Shown piece by piece: positions 46,972 through 56,668 of a DNA stretch of 64,000 nt; position 1 is the first letter of the stretch; each line of letters begins with the position of its first letter. Both the position numbers and the translations under genes were made by a program. The notes beneath the pieces were generated by a model. That model saw only the letters and a program-made list of their open reading frames with translations, ran no database searches and was not told the DNA's origin. This DNA is from Candidatus Doudnabacteria bacterium RIFCSPHIGHO2_02_FULL_42_25 (GTDB lineage: Bacteria > Patescibacteriota > Doudnabacteria > UBA920 > O2-02-FULL-48-8), in assembly GCA_001777665.1 (NCBI GenBank), contig MFEQ01000006.1, positions 213,442-277,441 of the forward strand, in the 5' to 3' direction.

Positions 46972-47508
46972 TTAAGCTGCTATAGAAGCGACAATTAAAA
47001 TCCCAATAAAATTAAAAATCAATGAGATCGGAATGACTAAATTTGTTTTCGAATTCGAAAATCCAAGAATCGCTATTCCCAATTCATCTGGAAATGGTGA
47101 GGCGATGATGATCCCGGCAATTGCGTATGCTAGCCAACGAAATCGCGGGATTCGAAAATAGCGCTGGTTCATGTCGATATGAAAAAGCGCATAAAAATCT
47201 TTGGCCAATCGATCCCGTAGAAGTTTGAACATCAGCAGGTCGCCGAGCAATGCTCCAAAGGATCCGACTACTGCCACGAGTATCGGGGATGAATCTTGAG
47301 CGATCTCACTTAAAATTACTATTGCTGGGGCCGTGGTGAAAATCGAAGTGAAAAATAACCCGGCCACGAAACTGCCGATAATTTCAAAATTTTTGAGTGC
47401 TGATAAAAATCTTTCAAACTCCGCAGACTCACCCAGCCAAATGGCGATGATGATGCTGAGCAATATGAACCCAAAATCAATCAGTAAATTCCTACTCGCT
47501 CTTTTCAC
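46972..47508 (-). CDS. hypothetical integral membrane protein
   Basis: 178 aa with 5 TM helices. Forms an operon with nrdJ upstream. Confidence 0.4.
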   Translation of the reverse strand: MKRASRNLLIDFGFILLSIIIAIWLGESAEFERFLSALKNFEIIGSFVAGLFFTSIFTTAPAIVILSEIAQDSSPILVAVVGSFGALLGDLLMFKLLRDRLAKDFYALFHIDMNQRYFRIPRFRWLAYAIAGIIIASPFPDELGIAILGFSNSKTNLVIPISLIFNFIGILIVASIAA

Positions 47509-50271
47509 TTAACATTTGCTCCAACCGCATGATTCGCATTTCTGGCAGCCTTCGGCCATGCGGAGCATGTTGCCGCACATCATACAGACTGGAGCGTGTC
47601 CCAAATCAGCCACTGAAGTTTTAGATTTAACAAACTCCAGCTTACCTGTATTCATTTCTTGGGTCACAGCTTGGAATATTGGTTCCTGAACTAACTTCGG
47701 AGTTTCTACTGGTTGTGGAATTTCCAGCTGCAGGGTTTGTTGGCCGCGCTTGAGGTGATTTTCCAAAACATTGGCGACGGCATCAGGTAAGCTCAAAATT
47801 CTTTCCCCATTGTGGAATACCGGATCTGGTCCTCGGATACCTTTGAGTTGGTCGATGACGTTTTGCAGACTAATTCCAGATCGCAAGGAAAGGGAGATCA
47901 TGCGACAAATGGCTTCAGTTTGAGCCCCGAAAAATCCACCGGCTTTACCGAGTTGTGAAAAGACTTCAAACGGCCCGTATTCGTCTTCATTAACCGTAAC
48001 GTAGAGGTTGCCATAAGCAGTCGCGACTTTGTAAGTCGAGCCTTGCATCACATCTGGGCGTTTGCGTGGAGAGACCTGGGCCAGCCCGCCAACGGCCTGA
48101 GCCGTAGGCGATGGCTGGCGGGTCATTTGTGGTGCTGCTGGAGTTTGTGGATGAGGTGCTGGCGCTGGCATCGGGGCAGGTGTTGGTTCGGGAGTTGGCA
48201 TCGGCGCTGGAGTTGGCTCTGGTGCTGGTTGTGGAATGGTTTGTGCCGAAGGCACTCCGACCGAAGCGTCGGAACGTTTCCCATTCTCCACCTGGTCTGA
48301 CGCATCTTTACCTAATTTCTTATGATCTATCGCAAGAATCTGTTCATCGCGTGATCCATCGCGGTAAATCGTCCCGCCTTTGCAGCCCAGATCATACATC
48401 ATCTCGTATAATTTTTTGGTTTGTTCGACTGTGTAATCTTCTGGGGCGTTGACGGTTTTCGAAATCGCCGAATCAGTCCAACGCTGCACCGCAGCTTGGA
48501 CTTTTACATGTTCTTCCGGAGCGAGCTCCATCGCGGTGACGAAATGTTCTGGTAATTCAGAGCCTGGGTGAGCAGCCAACCAATCTTGAGCGAGTTGGAT
48601 ATGTTCTTGATGGACTCCCAACCTTGATTTGCGGAAATAAGTCCAGGAAAAGAATGGTTCAATTCCAGTCGAAGTCCCGACCATGGTCCCAACAGTACCG
48701 GTTGGGGCTTGGGTCAAAATCGTAACATTGCGAATGCCGTACGATCGGACGAGGTGACGGATATATTCGGGCATGCGTTGCATAAATCCAGATTGAAGAA
48801 ATTTCTCAGCATCAAATTTACTAAACGCACCTTTTTCGCGAGCCAGATCAACGGAAGTTTCGTAAGCGGTGATCGAAATGAAGCGATAGAGTTTGTCGAT
48901 AAATTCCACAGCTGATTCGGAACCATAACGCAATTCCAATTTGATCAACATTTCAGCCAACCCGATCGTTCCCATCCCAACTCGTCGTTCACTCATTTGT
49001 TGCTGATAATTCTCATCAAAGAAATATGGAGTCGAATCGATAACATTGTCCTGGAACCGCACGGCATCCTGGACAGTTCGCTTTAATTTATTCCAATCCA
49101 CGTCTTTTCCGGCAGCTGGCGAATTATCATCCACGTGTTTGGCCAAATTGATGTGACCTAGGTTACAAACTCCCCATGCCGGAAGCGGCTGTTCGCCACA
49201 AGGATTGGTACAAGGCAAGTCCGCGTAATAGTAAGAATTAGAATAATAGTTGGCTCGATCAATGAAATACATGCCAGGTTCAGCGCTACCCCAGGCCGAA
49301 GTAATAATATTGTCCCAAATATCCTGGGCCCGAACTGTTTTGTGCTTGATAACTTTGCCGCCTATTTCTTTCCAGCGGTTGATATTTCCATCCCAAGCTT
49401 CTTTATAAAGCGGATCGGAAGTGTCTGGAAAAACCAAATCCCAACTCTTGTCTTCTTTTACCGCTTGCATGAAGTCATCCGTGATGCCCACTGAAATATT
49501 GGCATTGGTAATTTTACCCGCTTCTTTTTTTGAATTAATAAAATCGATGACATCTGGATGCCAGACATTGAGAATCAACATCAAAGCTCCGCGTCTGGAT
49601 CCGCCCTGTTCGATCAGGCCGGTGACAAATGAATAAAGGGAAGCCCAAGATACAGCACCAGATGACCGGCCATTAACGCCTTTGACATAAGCATAGCGAG
49701 GACGAAGCGTGGAAACGTTAATCCCAACTCCGCCACCGCGAGACATGATCTCGGCCATTTGACCCAAAGTTTCAAAAATTCCACCTCGCGAATCTTTCGG
49801 AGAAGGAATAACGTAGCAGTTATAGTAAGTTAAATGTTGCCCGGTACCAGCACCGGTAAAAATACGGCCAGCTGGAACGTATTTCCAATCATCCATCAAT
49901 TCTCGAAATCTTCCCTGCCATTCCGCTTGCAACTCTGGAGTCGCTTCGACAGAGGCAATATGCTGGGCGATGCGTTCGAACATCTGTTCTGGAACAGTTT
50001 CGAGTGGTTTGTCGATGTGTTCGATAGCGCGGGTTTCGATCGAGCCATCACGAAGCTTGACCGCAACTTGTTTCTCTTCTCGATCAATCCGTTCGACAGT
50101 GCCGATTTCGCGCTGCCCGGTTTTGAGGTTAACGCAAACAACGACTGTGTCGCCTACAGCCAATGTTTCTTTCTTCGCATCTTTAATCGCATATCGATCC
50201 AAAAATATTTTTTCGCCTAGCTCGGCTAGAGAGTTGACCTTTCGTTGTTGGAGATTTTCTTTCTGTTGCAT
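47509..50271 (-). CDS. nrdJ: adenosylcobalamin-dependent (class II) ribonucleotide reductase
   Basis: Active-site region TNPCGEQPLPAWGVCNLGHINL. 920 aa. C-terminal zinc ribbon CMMCGN...CQKCESCGWSKC. Pro/Ala/Thr-rich insertion. Confidence 0.85.
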   Translation of the reverse strand: MQQKENLQQRKVNSLAELGEKIFLDRYAIKDAKKETLAVGDTVVVCVNLKTGQREIGTVERIDREEKQVAVKLRDGSIETRAIEHIDKPLETVPEQMFERIAQHIASVEATPELQAEWQGRFRELMDDWKYVPAGRIFTGAGTGQHLTYYNCYVIPSPKDSRGGIFETLGQMAEIMSRGGGVGINVSTLRPRYAYVKGVNGRSSGAVSWASLYSFVTGLIEQGGSRRGALMLILNVWHPDVIDFINSKKEAGKITNANISVGITDDFMQAVKEDKSWDLVFPDTSDPLYKEAWDGNINRWKEIGGKVIKHKTVRAQDIWDNIITSAWGSAEPGMYFIDRANYYSNSYYYADLPCTNPCGEQPLPAWGVCNLGHINLAKHVDDNSPAAGKDVDWNKLKRTVQDAVRFQDNVIDSTPYFFDENYQQQMSERRVGMGTIGLAEMLIKLELRYGSESAVEFIDKLYRFISITAYETSVDLAREKGAFSKFDAEKFLQSGFMQRMPEYIRHLVRSYGIRNVTILTQAPTGTVGTMVGTSTGIEPFFSWTYFRKSRLGVHQEHIQLAQDWLAAHPGSELPEHFVTAMELAPEEHVKVQAAVQRWTDSAISKTVNAPEDYTVEQTKKLYEMMYDLGCKGGTIYRDGSRDEQILAIDHKKLGKDASDQVENGKRSDASVGVPSAQTIPQPAPEPTPAPMPTPEPTPAPMPAPAPHPQTPAAPQMTRQPSPTAQAVGGLAQVSPRKRPDVMQGSTYKVATAYGNLYVTVNEDEYGPFEVFSQLGKAGGFFGAQTEAICRMISLSLRSGISLQNVIDQLKGIRGPDPVFHNGERILSLPDAVANVLENHLKRGQQTLQLEIPQPVETPKLVQEPIFQAVTQEMNTGKLEFVKSKTSVADLGHAPVCMMCGNMLRMAEGCQKCESCGWSKC

Positions 50272-50329
50272 AAGTTGTTATAGGTCATATAAGTCTTATC
50301 AGACCTATCAGACCTATTAATTATTTTTA

Positions 50330-50773
50330 TTAAAGTTTTTTCGCCTCGCGCACGAATTCTTCGACATCGGCAAATTTTCTGTAAACGGAGGCAAATCGGA
50401 TGTAGGCGACTTGATCTTTGCCTTTGATTCGCTTCATGACGATGTTGCCAATATCTTTCGACATGATTTGGTCTTTACCACTCTTCTGAATATCTTGCTC
50501 GATACCGGTAACTAGGGAGTGGAAGTCGTCACGGGAGAGCGGGCGCTTCTCAAATGCCTTGCGAATCCCAGATTCTATTTTTTCACGCATATAGGGTTGC
50601 GTTCGGCCATCGCGTTTCATCACTGTCAGGTCCAAAATTTCCATTTCTTCGTGGGTGGAGAACCTCGCCCCGCATTTCACACACTCTCGACGCCTTCGAA
50701 TAGCCATCCCGTCGGATATCGGACGCGAGTCGAGAACTTTAGTATCTTCATTAGAGCAATTGGGGCAACGCAT
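50330..50773 (-). CDS. nrdR: transcriptional repressor NrdR
   Basis: MRCPNCSNEDTKVLDSRP...ECVKCGARFSTHE zinc ribbon plus ATP-cone. Confidence 0.9.
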   Translation of the reverse strand: MRCPNCSNEDTKVLDSRPISDGMAIRRRRECVKCGARFSTHEEMEILDLTVMKRDGRTQPYMREKIESGIRKAFEKRPLSRDDFHSLVTGIEQDIQKSGKDQIMSKDIGNIVMKRIKGKDQVAYIRFASVYRKFADVEEFVREAKKL

Positions 50774-50793
50774 ATGATTTTTACTATTTATTC

Positions 50794-50893
50794 TTCTCCC
50801 CTTGCGGGAGAAGATGTCCGACGAAGTTTTACGTAGTCGGACAGATGAGGGGTCACCCTCACCCCTGACCCCTCTCCCGTCAAGGGAGAGGGG
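50794..50893. repeat. pair of polypyrimidine/polypurine hairpins (TTCTCCC-cttgc-GGGAGAA and CCCCTCTCCC-gtcaa-GGGAGAGGGG); family member C
   Basis: Same style as 34828..34923 and 36274..36385. Also GTCCGAC...GTCGGAC between them. Confidence 0.6.
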
Positions 50894-51160
50894 AATTCTA
50901 ATTAGAATTAATAACTTTTACCCCACAAAAAATAAAAGAGAATTTCTCTCAAAAATTGTTAACAATGAACAATTTAGCTACTTTTTGTTTGCTTTTTGTC
51001 TCTGGCTAAGCCCTTAGCCTTGAGGAAACACAATATCTTGTGTTAACCATCCTTAATATATCGCTATATGTAGAAACCTGTCAAAACTCGATTTTAGCCA
51101 ATTTATTTCAATATTTTCTATATTTAGAAAAACTTATCAACAAAGAATACGTTTGAGAAT

Positions 51161-52690
51161 CTAATTTGTCAAATTCGGCTCTGTCACGTCTTTGGCGTCT
51201 TTTGGTTCTTCGATGTTTACTGTCTTATTGAAATCAGAAAGATTTATTTGCACACGAATACTCGCAGTAAACGGAATCCCTGCAAATTCATCGACTGGCC
51301 CGGTATTGCTTGGTGTAATAGTCTTGATTCCACTGGGTGAAGCCTCCATAACTCCGGCTTTGAATCCACCAGCGTCATTTCCCAGACAAAAAGTTAATTT
51401 ATATGAGTCATTTCCCACTTGCTGATAATTGTATTTGTTATTCTCAACCGTGCATGTACCATCTAGTGGTTCAGGAGATTGTGGATAGTTAGCTATATAA
51501 GAAGAGAATTTATACTTCCCACCATCAGTCGGGGTTGGTTGACCATTGGTGGCAGTGGGATAACGACCATTGTCGTTGAAGTGGAGTTCTAATGCTGTCT
51601 GAATTTGTCGGACATCAGCCAGTCGTCTCGCATCACGAGCTTTATTTCGTGCTTCATCCAATGATCCAGTGATACTATTTATAAAAGACGGGGCGTTGGA
51701 TTCAATCAAAGCTTGGTGCACCAAATGATCGGATTTCCCGACCCAGACCTCTAATTTCCTAAATTCCATTTTATCTAATAACGATTCAGCACTTTTCATC
51801 TCTTCATCCGAATATTCCAAAATTTTCGTTACTTCATTCAAATAATTCTTAAGCTCTTGTTTATCCAAGCTGGCTTCATAGTGCCAAGTGTTGACTCCGT
51901 CTACTTTCTCGCTATTTATTAACTTCGTAGGGGCCATAAACTTGCTTTTCTTAAATGCGTCCAAAAGTTGCGTTCTTTGGGAATCGATAAGAACTAGATC
52001 TTTATTTTGCCCTTCCTTAATATTCATTTTTATCCAATCAGATTTTCCTTCCTCTTCTTCGCCAAGTCCACCAAGTAAGCTAAGTAGGAAATTTCCATCT
52101 TTTTTGTAATATACGAAATCGCTGATTTTTTTACTCTGAAAATCAAAACTAATAGTAAACCCACTCAACTTTGTCTCCAGTTTAGACGTCATATCATAAT
52201 CAAAATCAGTCTCTTCTTTATTCAGAGACAACGCTCCGTTTGCGGTAATAGAAAAAGTAACCCCATCTCCAAAATAGTCTACTAACTCCTGCTCCTCTTC
52301 TTTCAATCCTTCAGGGACCGTATCTGTATACGAAGCTTCGAGACTGAATTTGGCGGTTTTGACATCCATCATATTTCCCTGGGTATCCGCCCAAATTTTC
52401 TCGGGATTGCTCATGAAATATGAATATGCCTTCCATCCGCCCAAACCTAAAAGCACCAGCACTAGTACAGCTGCTACTGGTTTCCGGTATTTCTTAAATT
52501 GGTTATGCGAATTACTTGCCGGGGTTAGTTCTACAGGTGAATTAGTAGGAACTATAGATGGGGCCAAGGCGTCCTCGATCGAAGGCAGATCCCACCCGGC
52601 TTGGATTAAATCAACCTTAATACTTTCATCTGTTTGGCCAGCTGCACGCGACGACTGGATAAACTCATCGAGTTGGGGATTATTGCTCAT
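51161..52690 (-). CDS. hypothetical membrane-anchored protein with C-terminal pilin-like globular domain
   Basis: TM at approx aa 70-90. C-terminal RDARRLADVRQIQTALELHFNDNGRYP resembles the type IV pilin/pseudopilin body. Confidence 0.4.
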   Translation of the reverse strand: MSNNPQLDEFIQSSRAAGQTDESIKVDLIQAGWDLPSIEDALAPSIVPTNSPVELTPASNSHNQFKKYRKPVAAVLVLVLLGLGGWKAYSYFMSNPEKIWADTQGNMMDVKTAKFSLEASYTDTVPEGLKEEEQELVDYFGDGVTFSITANGALSLNKEETDFDYDMTSKLETKLSGFTISFDFQSKKISDFVYYKKDGNFLLSLLGGLGEEEEGKSDWIKMNIKEGQNKDLVLIDSQRTQLLDAFKKSKFMAPTKLINSEKVDGVNTWHYEASLDKQELKNYLNEVTKILEYSDEEMKSAESLLDKMEFRKLEVWVGKSDHLVHQALIESNAPSFINSITGSLDEARNKARDARRLADVRQIQTALELHFNDNGRYPTATNGQPTPTDGGKYKFSSYIANYPQSPEPLDGTCTVENNKYNYQQVGNDSYKLTFCLGNDAGGFKAGVMEASPSGIKTITPSNTGPVDEFAGIPFTASIRVQINLSDFNKTVNIEEPKDAKDVTEPNLTN

Positions 52691-52736
52691 GCTTTAATTA
52701 TAGGATATTAAATTCAAAAACGCTATAATTTGATTT

Positions 52737-53891
52737 ATGAAGACTTGTCCTTATTGTGGGAACAACCCCATCCCCCATTTTACTCATAAATTGTATGAAT
52801 CATTCGATATTTTAGTCAGTCCGATTCGCAGATTTGTTTTTCAAACCCGATTCGGGAAACTGACCGACCATTTGGCGACATGGGTTGCGATAGGGTTTTT
52901 CTATCTGCTCAAACCGGTAGGTTTAGTTCAAATCAATCGCGACATCAATAAAATTATATACCCGCGAGCAAAAGTGCTCTGGGAAGAAGCGCAACGTCGA
53001 GGAATAGTTATCGAGGAGATTAAGCTTTTCAACCGCTCCATCGATTTATATCGTGCTTACCTACAGAATAAACCATTCTACTTCATGGGATTACCCAGGA
53101 TGGAAAAAGTTGCGAGTAGTAATTTGACTTGGGTCGATGATAAATATCTGCTCAAGAAAAAATTACTTAAGCATCATCTCCCTGTCGCTCCCGGTGGCTC
53201 GTTTACTTCGCTTAAAAATGCGTTAATGGCGCTTGAGACTCTGGAAAAACCAGTAATAGTCAAACCTCGAGCTGGTTCTAGAGGCCGCCACACCACCACT
53301 TTTGTTTATACGAAAGAAGATTTAATCCAAGCCTTTAAAATCGCGAAACAATTATGCTACTGGGTTATTGTCGAAGAACATTTATTCGGCGATGTCCAGC
53401 GAGGAACAGTGATTGGGGGTAAATTAGTCGGAGTCCTAGGTGGCTCACCTCCTAGAGTTACGGGTGACGGCAAAAGCACTATTGCTGAATTAATCAAAAT
53501 AAAAGATTTGAATCGACCAAGCGGTGTAAAAGAAACGGTAGTTAATCCATATTTCATGGAACGCTTGGGATTAGCCATGCAAACAATATTGCCAGAAGGA
53601 AAAACCGTAGATCTAAATGAGAAGGTGGGTGTGAACTACGGTGGGACTTCTTATGACTGCACTGATGAGACCCATCCTGATACGAAACAGATGTTGGAAG
53701 AAGCTGGAAAAGTTCTCGACTGTTCTATTCTCGGCTTTGATTTCATCGTGCCTGATATTACTAAATCATATAAAGAACAAAAAGCCGGGATTATCGAATG
53801 CAATGGCGCCCCGTTCATTCAACTCCACCACGATCCCCTGATCGGCAATTCCATAAACGCCGCAAAATACGTTTGGGATCTTGTGGAATAA
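52737..53891 (+). CDS. ATP-grasp domain protein (cyanophycin-synthetase N-terminal domain-like)
   Basis: VIVKPRAGSRGRHTT...VIVEEHLFGDVQRGTVIGGKLVGV...VTGDGKSTIAELI...ECNGAPFIQLHHDP pattern of the CphA-type ATP-grasp. Confidence 0.55.
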   Translation: MKTCPYCGNNPIPHFTHKLYESFDILVSPIRRFVFQTRFGKLTDHLATWVAIGFFYLLKPVGLVQINRDINKIIYPRAKVLWEEAQRRGIVIEEIKLFNRSIDLYRAYLQNKPFYFMGLPRMEKVASSNLTWVDDKYLLKKKLLKHHLPVAPGGSFTSLKNALMALETLEKPVIVKPRAGSRGRHTTTFVYTKEDLIQAFKIAKQLCYWVIVEEHLFGDVQRGTVIGGKLVGVLGGSPPRVTGDGKSTIAELIKIKDLNRPSGVKETVVNPYFMERLGLAMQTILPEGKTVDLNEKVGVNYGGTSYDCTDETHPDTKQMLEEAGKVLDCSILGFDFIVPDITKSYKEQKAGIIECNGAPFIQLHHDPLIGNSINAAKYVWDLVE

Positions 53892-53932
53892 AAAAGCGGC
53901 CGAACCCCTAACTCGGGGTCCAACCGCACAAG
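53891..53932. terminator. bidirectional terminator between convergent genes
   Basis: AAAAAA followed by GCGG..CCCC-taactc-GGGG..CCGC and then a T-tract on the opposite strand. Confidence 0.6.
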
Positions 53933-53939
53933 ACTTGTA

Positions 53940-54923
53940 TCAGCTAGCAGCGTAGGCCGGCTGTGTCAGTCGATGTTGAATTTTGCGACACCGACCGATG
54001 CAGTCCTGGAGAAGGTACTCCGGAACAACCCACGACGCCGCCAACTCACGATCTGCCTGTTTCTTTGGATCAAGTTTGCTGATGTCGACAATCTGCCGAC
54101 CAATAGAGGCCTTTTTGCCCGCATCGCGGACCGGCTGCTTGTCGTATCCCACCGGTGATTGCTTTTTCGCCTTCGCCAGTGCGTAGTCCGTCGTATCCCA
54201 GAACCGCGATGAGTCAGGAGTCAAAACTTCGTCGGCCAATACAGCACCGAATTCGAACTTGGTGTCGGCGATGATGATCCCCTGCGGCAAAGCGTACTCA
54301 TAAGCCATCCGATAATCCGCAAGAGACGCTTGCTGGATCCGCTTGAATTCAGTCTGGCCGATCATGGCGATGGCTTCGGCTTCCGAGATGTTTACGTCGT
54401 GACCGTCCTCGGATTTGGTTGACGGAGTAAAAATCGGCTCCGGCAATTTACTCCCATCGTGCAGACCCGCCGGCAACTCGATACCGCAAACGGCACCGGT
54501 TGCTTGATAGTCCTTCCACCCACTACCTGTAAGGTAGCCTCGTACGATCGCCTCGATTTTCCGCATTTCCTGTTTCTGTACCACGATCGCCCGTTGGTGA
54601 AGCTCGGCGTAGTTGCGGATGTGCTTCGGAAGAAACTCGTCGATGTCCTTACCGTGGGCGACCAGGTGGTTCGGCACATTCTTGAACAAGGTCGTGAGCC
54701 AGAAGACCACGAGCTTGGTCAAAACCTCTCCCTTGCCTTCGACTAACGCATCAAGGACGAAGTCGAAGATGCTGATCCGGTCGCTGGCAACAACCAGAAG
54801 ATGATCAGCGCTTCGCAGTTCGAATGTATCGCGCACTTTGCCCTGATGAGCACGGCGCACGCCAGCATGCAGCAGTTCGCGTGTGACTTCAGATTCGCGC
54901 ACGCGCTCTGGGATATACGGCAT
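53940..54923 (-). CDS. purC: phosphoribosylaminoimidazole-succinocarboxamide (SAICAR) synthase
   Basis: LLHAGKVRDTFEL...LVVASDRISIFDFVL pattern. Approx 320-aa long form. Confidence 0.75.
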   Translation of the reverse strand: MPYIPERVRESEVTRELLHAGVRRAHQGKVRDTFELRSADHLLVVASDRISIFDFVLDALVEGKGEVLTKLVVFWLTTLFKNVPNHLVAHGKDIDEFLPKHIRNYAELHQRAIVVQKQEMRKIEAIVRGYLTGSGWKDYQATGAVCGIELPAGLHDGSKLPEPIFTPSTKSEDGHDVNISEAEAIAMIGQTEFKRIQQASLADYRMAYEYALPQGIIIADTKFEFGAVLADEVLTPDSSRFWDTTDYALAKAKKQSPVGYDKQPVRDAGKKASIGRQIVDISKLDPKKQADRELAASWVVPEYLLQDCIGRCRKIQHRLTQPAYAAS

Positions 54924-55062
54924 CGCTAACTCCCCCTTGAAAGGGCCGGCAATGCCGGCGGAAATTTTTAAGTAACGTGTAACCTATATTACTCCTTTGC
55001 CCTTTTTTTGGCAATAAAAAAAGGTTAGCCGACCCGATGGGTCAACTAACCATAATCTCCCG

Positions 55063-56496
55063 CTAGACCGAAAGTTGGACTCGCTCTGAGTCTGCATCTT
55101 TCGGAAACTGTGCCAAGAGTTCCTCGGTAGCGCGGGCGAACTCTTCCGCCTGTTGTGGAGCAGCACCCACAAACTTCTGTGGATCGAGAATGTCATCGAG
55201 TTGATCGACTATCGGAGCGAAATACTTATCCGCCCGAATCCGACCAATCAAATCGATGCTCTCGCCTTCTCGTTGCCGAAGCAGCTCGGCGTGAGCATGC
55301 TGTCGCAGACGTTCATGAGCCTCTTGGCGGTCAGCGCCGGCCTGGAACATCCGCTCCATGATCAAAGCACTTGCCAAGAAAGGCAGCTCCGCCTTGAGGT
55401 TGCGCTCGATGACCTTGGGGTAGACCCGCAGATCCTGGAAGACATTGATCATGATTCGTGTGATCGAATCGGCCAGAAGGAACGACTCCGGGAGATATCG
55501 CCGCCGGCCTGCACTGTCGTCCAGAGTTCTTTCGAACAACTGCAAGGCCTGCGTGTTGAGGGCACTCGGAACCGCCCCCATGAGTTCACGAGCCAAACTA
55601 CATGCTCGTTCTGAACGCATCGGATTTCGCTTGTGAGGCATCCGGCTTGAGCCGACTTGCCCTTCCTCGAAGGGCTCTTCCATCTCGCCGAGTTCCTGGA
55701 GCTCTCGGATGTCAAACGCGATTTTGTGAATACTGGCGGCCATGCTGGCCAGAACGGACAAAACCTTCGTGTCGATCTTCCGCATGTAAGTCTGTCCAGT
55801 GATGGACAGAATGGTCTTGAAACCGAACTTTGCGGCGACATGATTTTCCATTCCCAAAACCGAGTCCCGATCTTTGACGAGTTCCAGAAGACTCGCCTGG
55901 GTGCCGGTCGCGTCTTTCAGACCGCGAAAAGGCAACCAGCTAATCAGATCTCGGACCTCCTCCAAGTCCATCATGATTTCCGTTGCCCACATCGCTGCCC
56001 GCTTACCCACTGTTGTCGGCTGTGCAGTCATCAAATGCGTCCGTCCGAGAGTTGCCAGGTTGGGATAGCGCTTGATGAACTCGTTGATCGCCGTCAGCAG
56101 GTTGGACAATCTGCGTCGAACAATCAGAAGCGAATCGCGGATTTGAATCAGTTCCGCGTTGTCCGTGATATCGCAGCTAGTACACCCGAGGTGAATAATC
56201 GGAGCGGCACTGGGAGCCACTAATCCGAAAGCCTTGTTGTGCGACACCACGTCATGCTTGAGTTTTCTCTCAAACTCAATGACCCTGTCGTAATTGATGT
56301 CGTCGACGTGGGCCTCCATCTCTGCGATCTGTTCACGACTGATGTTGGGTACTCGCCATCGGTATTGCGCTTTGGCAACCGCGACCCATATCCGTCGCCA
56401 CAGTCCGTACTTCGTGTCATCCGACCAGACTCTCTGCATCTCGACCGATGAGTAACGGCCACACAACGGCGACTCGTACAAATCGTGTTTTGCCAT
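55063..56496 (-). CDS. purB: adenylosuccinate lyase
   Basis: Fumarase/ASL signature GSSRMPHKRNPMRSE. 477 aa. Confidence 0.9.
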   Translation of the reverse strand: MAKHDLYESPLCGRYSSVEMQRVWSDDTKYGLWRRIWVAVAKAQYRWRVPNISREQIAEMEAHVDDINYDRVIEFERKLKHDVVSHNKAFGLVAPSAAPIIHLGCTSCDITDNAELIQIRDSLLIVRRRLSNLLTAINEFIKRYPNLATLGRTHLMTAQPTTVGKRAAMWATEIMMDLEEVRDLISWLPFRGLKDATGTQASLLELVKDRDSVLGMENHVAAKFGFKTILSITGQTYMRKIDTKVLSVLASMAASIHKIAFDIRELQELGEMEEPFEEGQVGSSRMPHKRNPMRSERACSLARELMGAVPSALNTQALQLFERTLDDSAGRRRYLPESFLLADSITRIMINVFQDLRVYPKVIERNLKAELPFLASALIMERMFQAGADRQEAHERLRQHAHAELLRQREGESIDLIGRIRADKYFAPIVDQLDDILDPQKFVGAAPQQAEEFARATEELLAQFPKDADSERVQLSV

Positions 56497-56611
56497 CTGT
56501 TTTCCTCCGATTTAAACTTTCGTGTACGTTGTCGATGTTGTATAAAAAAATCAAACTCGACACTATAGAATACCAAAGAATACAATTCTTGCAAAATAAC
56601 TAAAAAGCTGT

Positions 56612-56651
56612 TTGTCGCAAAAACAATGTAATTACATTAAAATTGCGACAA
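56612..56651. repeat. 40-bp nested palindrome TTGTCGCAAAAACAATGTAATTACATTAAAATTGCGACAA (downstream flank of PaaX_C-like paralog 3)
   Basis: Outer arms TTGTCGCAA/TTGCGACAA. Inner AATGTAATTACATT perfect palindrome. Shares the TGTAATTACA core with the 24.2-kb paralog flanks. Confidence 0.8.
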
Positions 56652-56668
56652 ACTTAAATTTAAACAAT

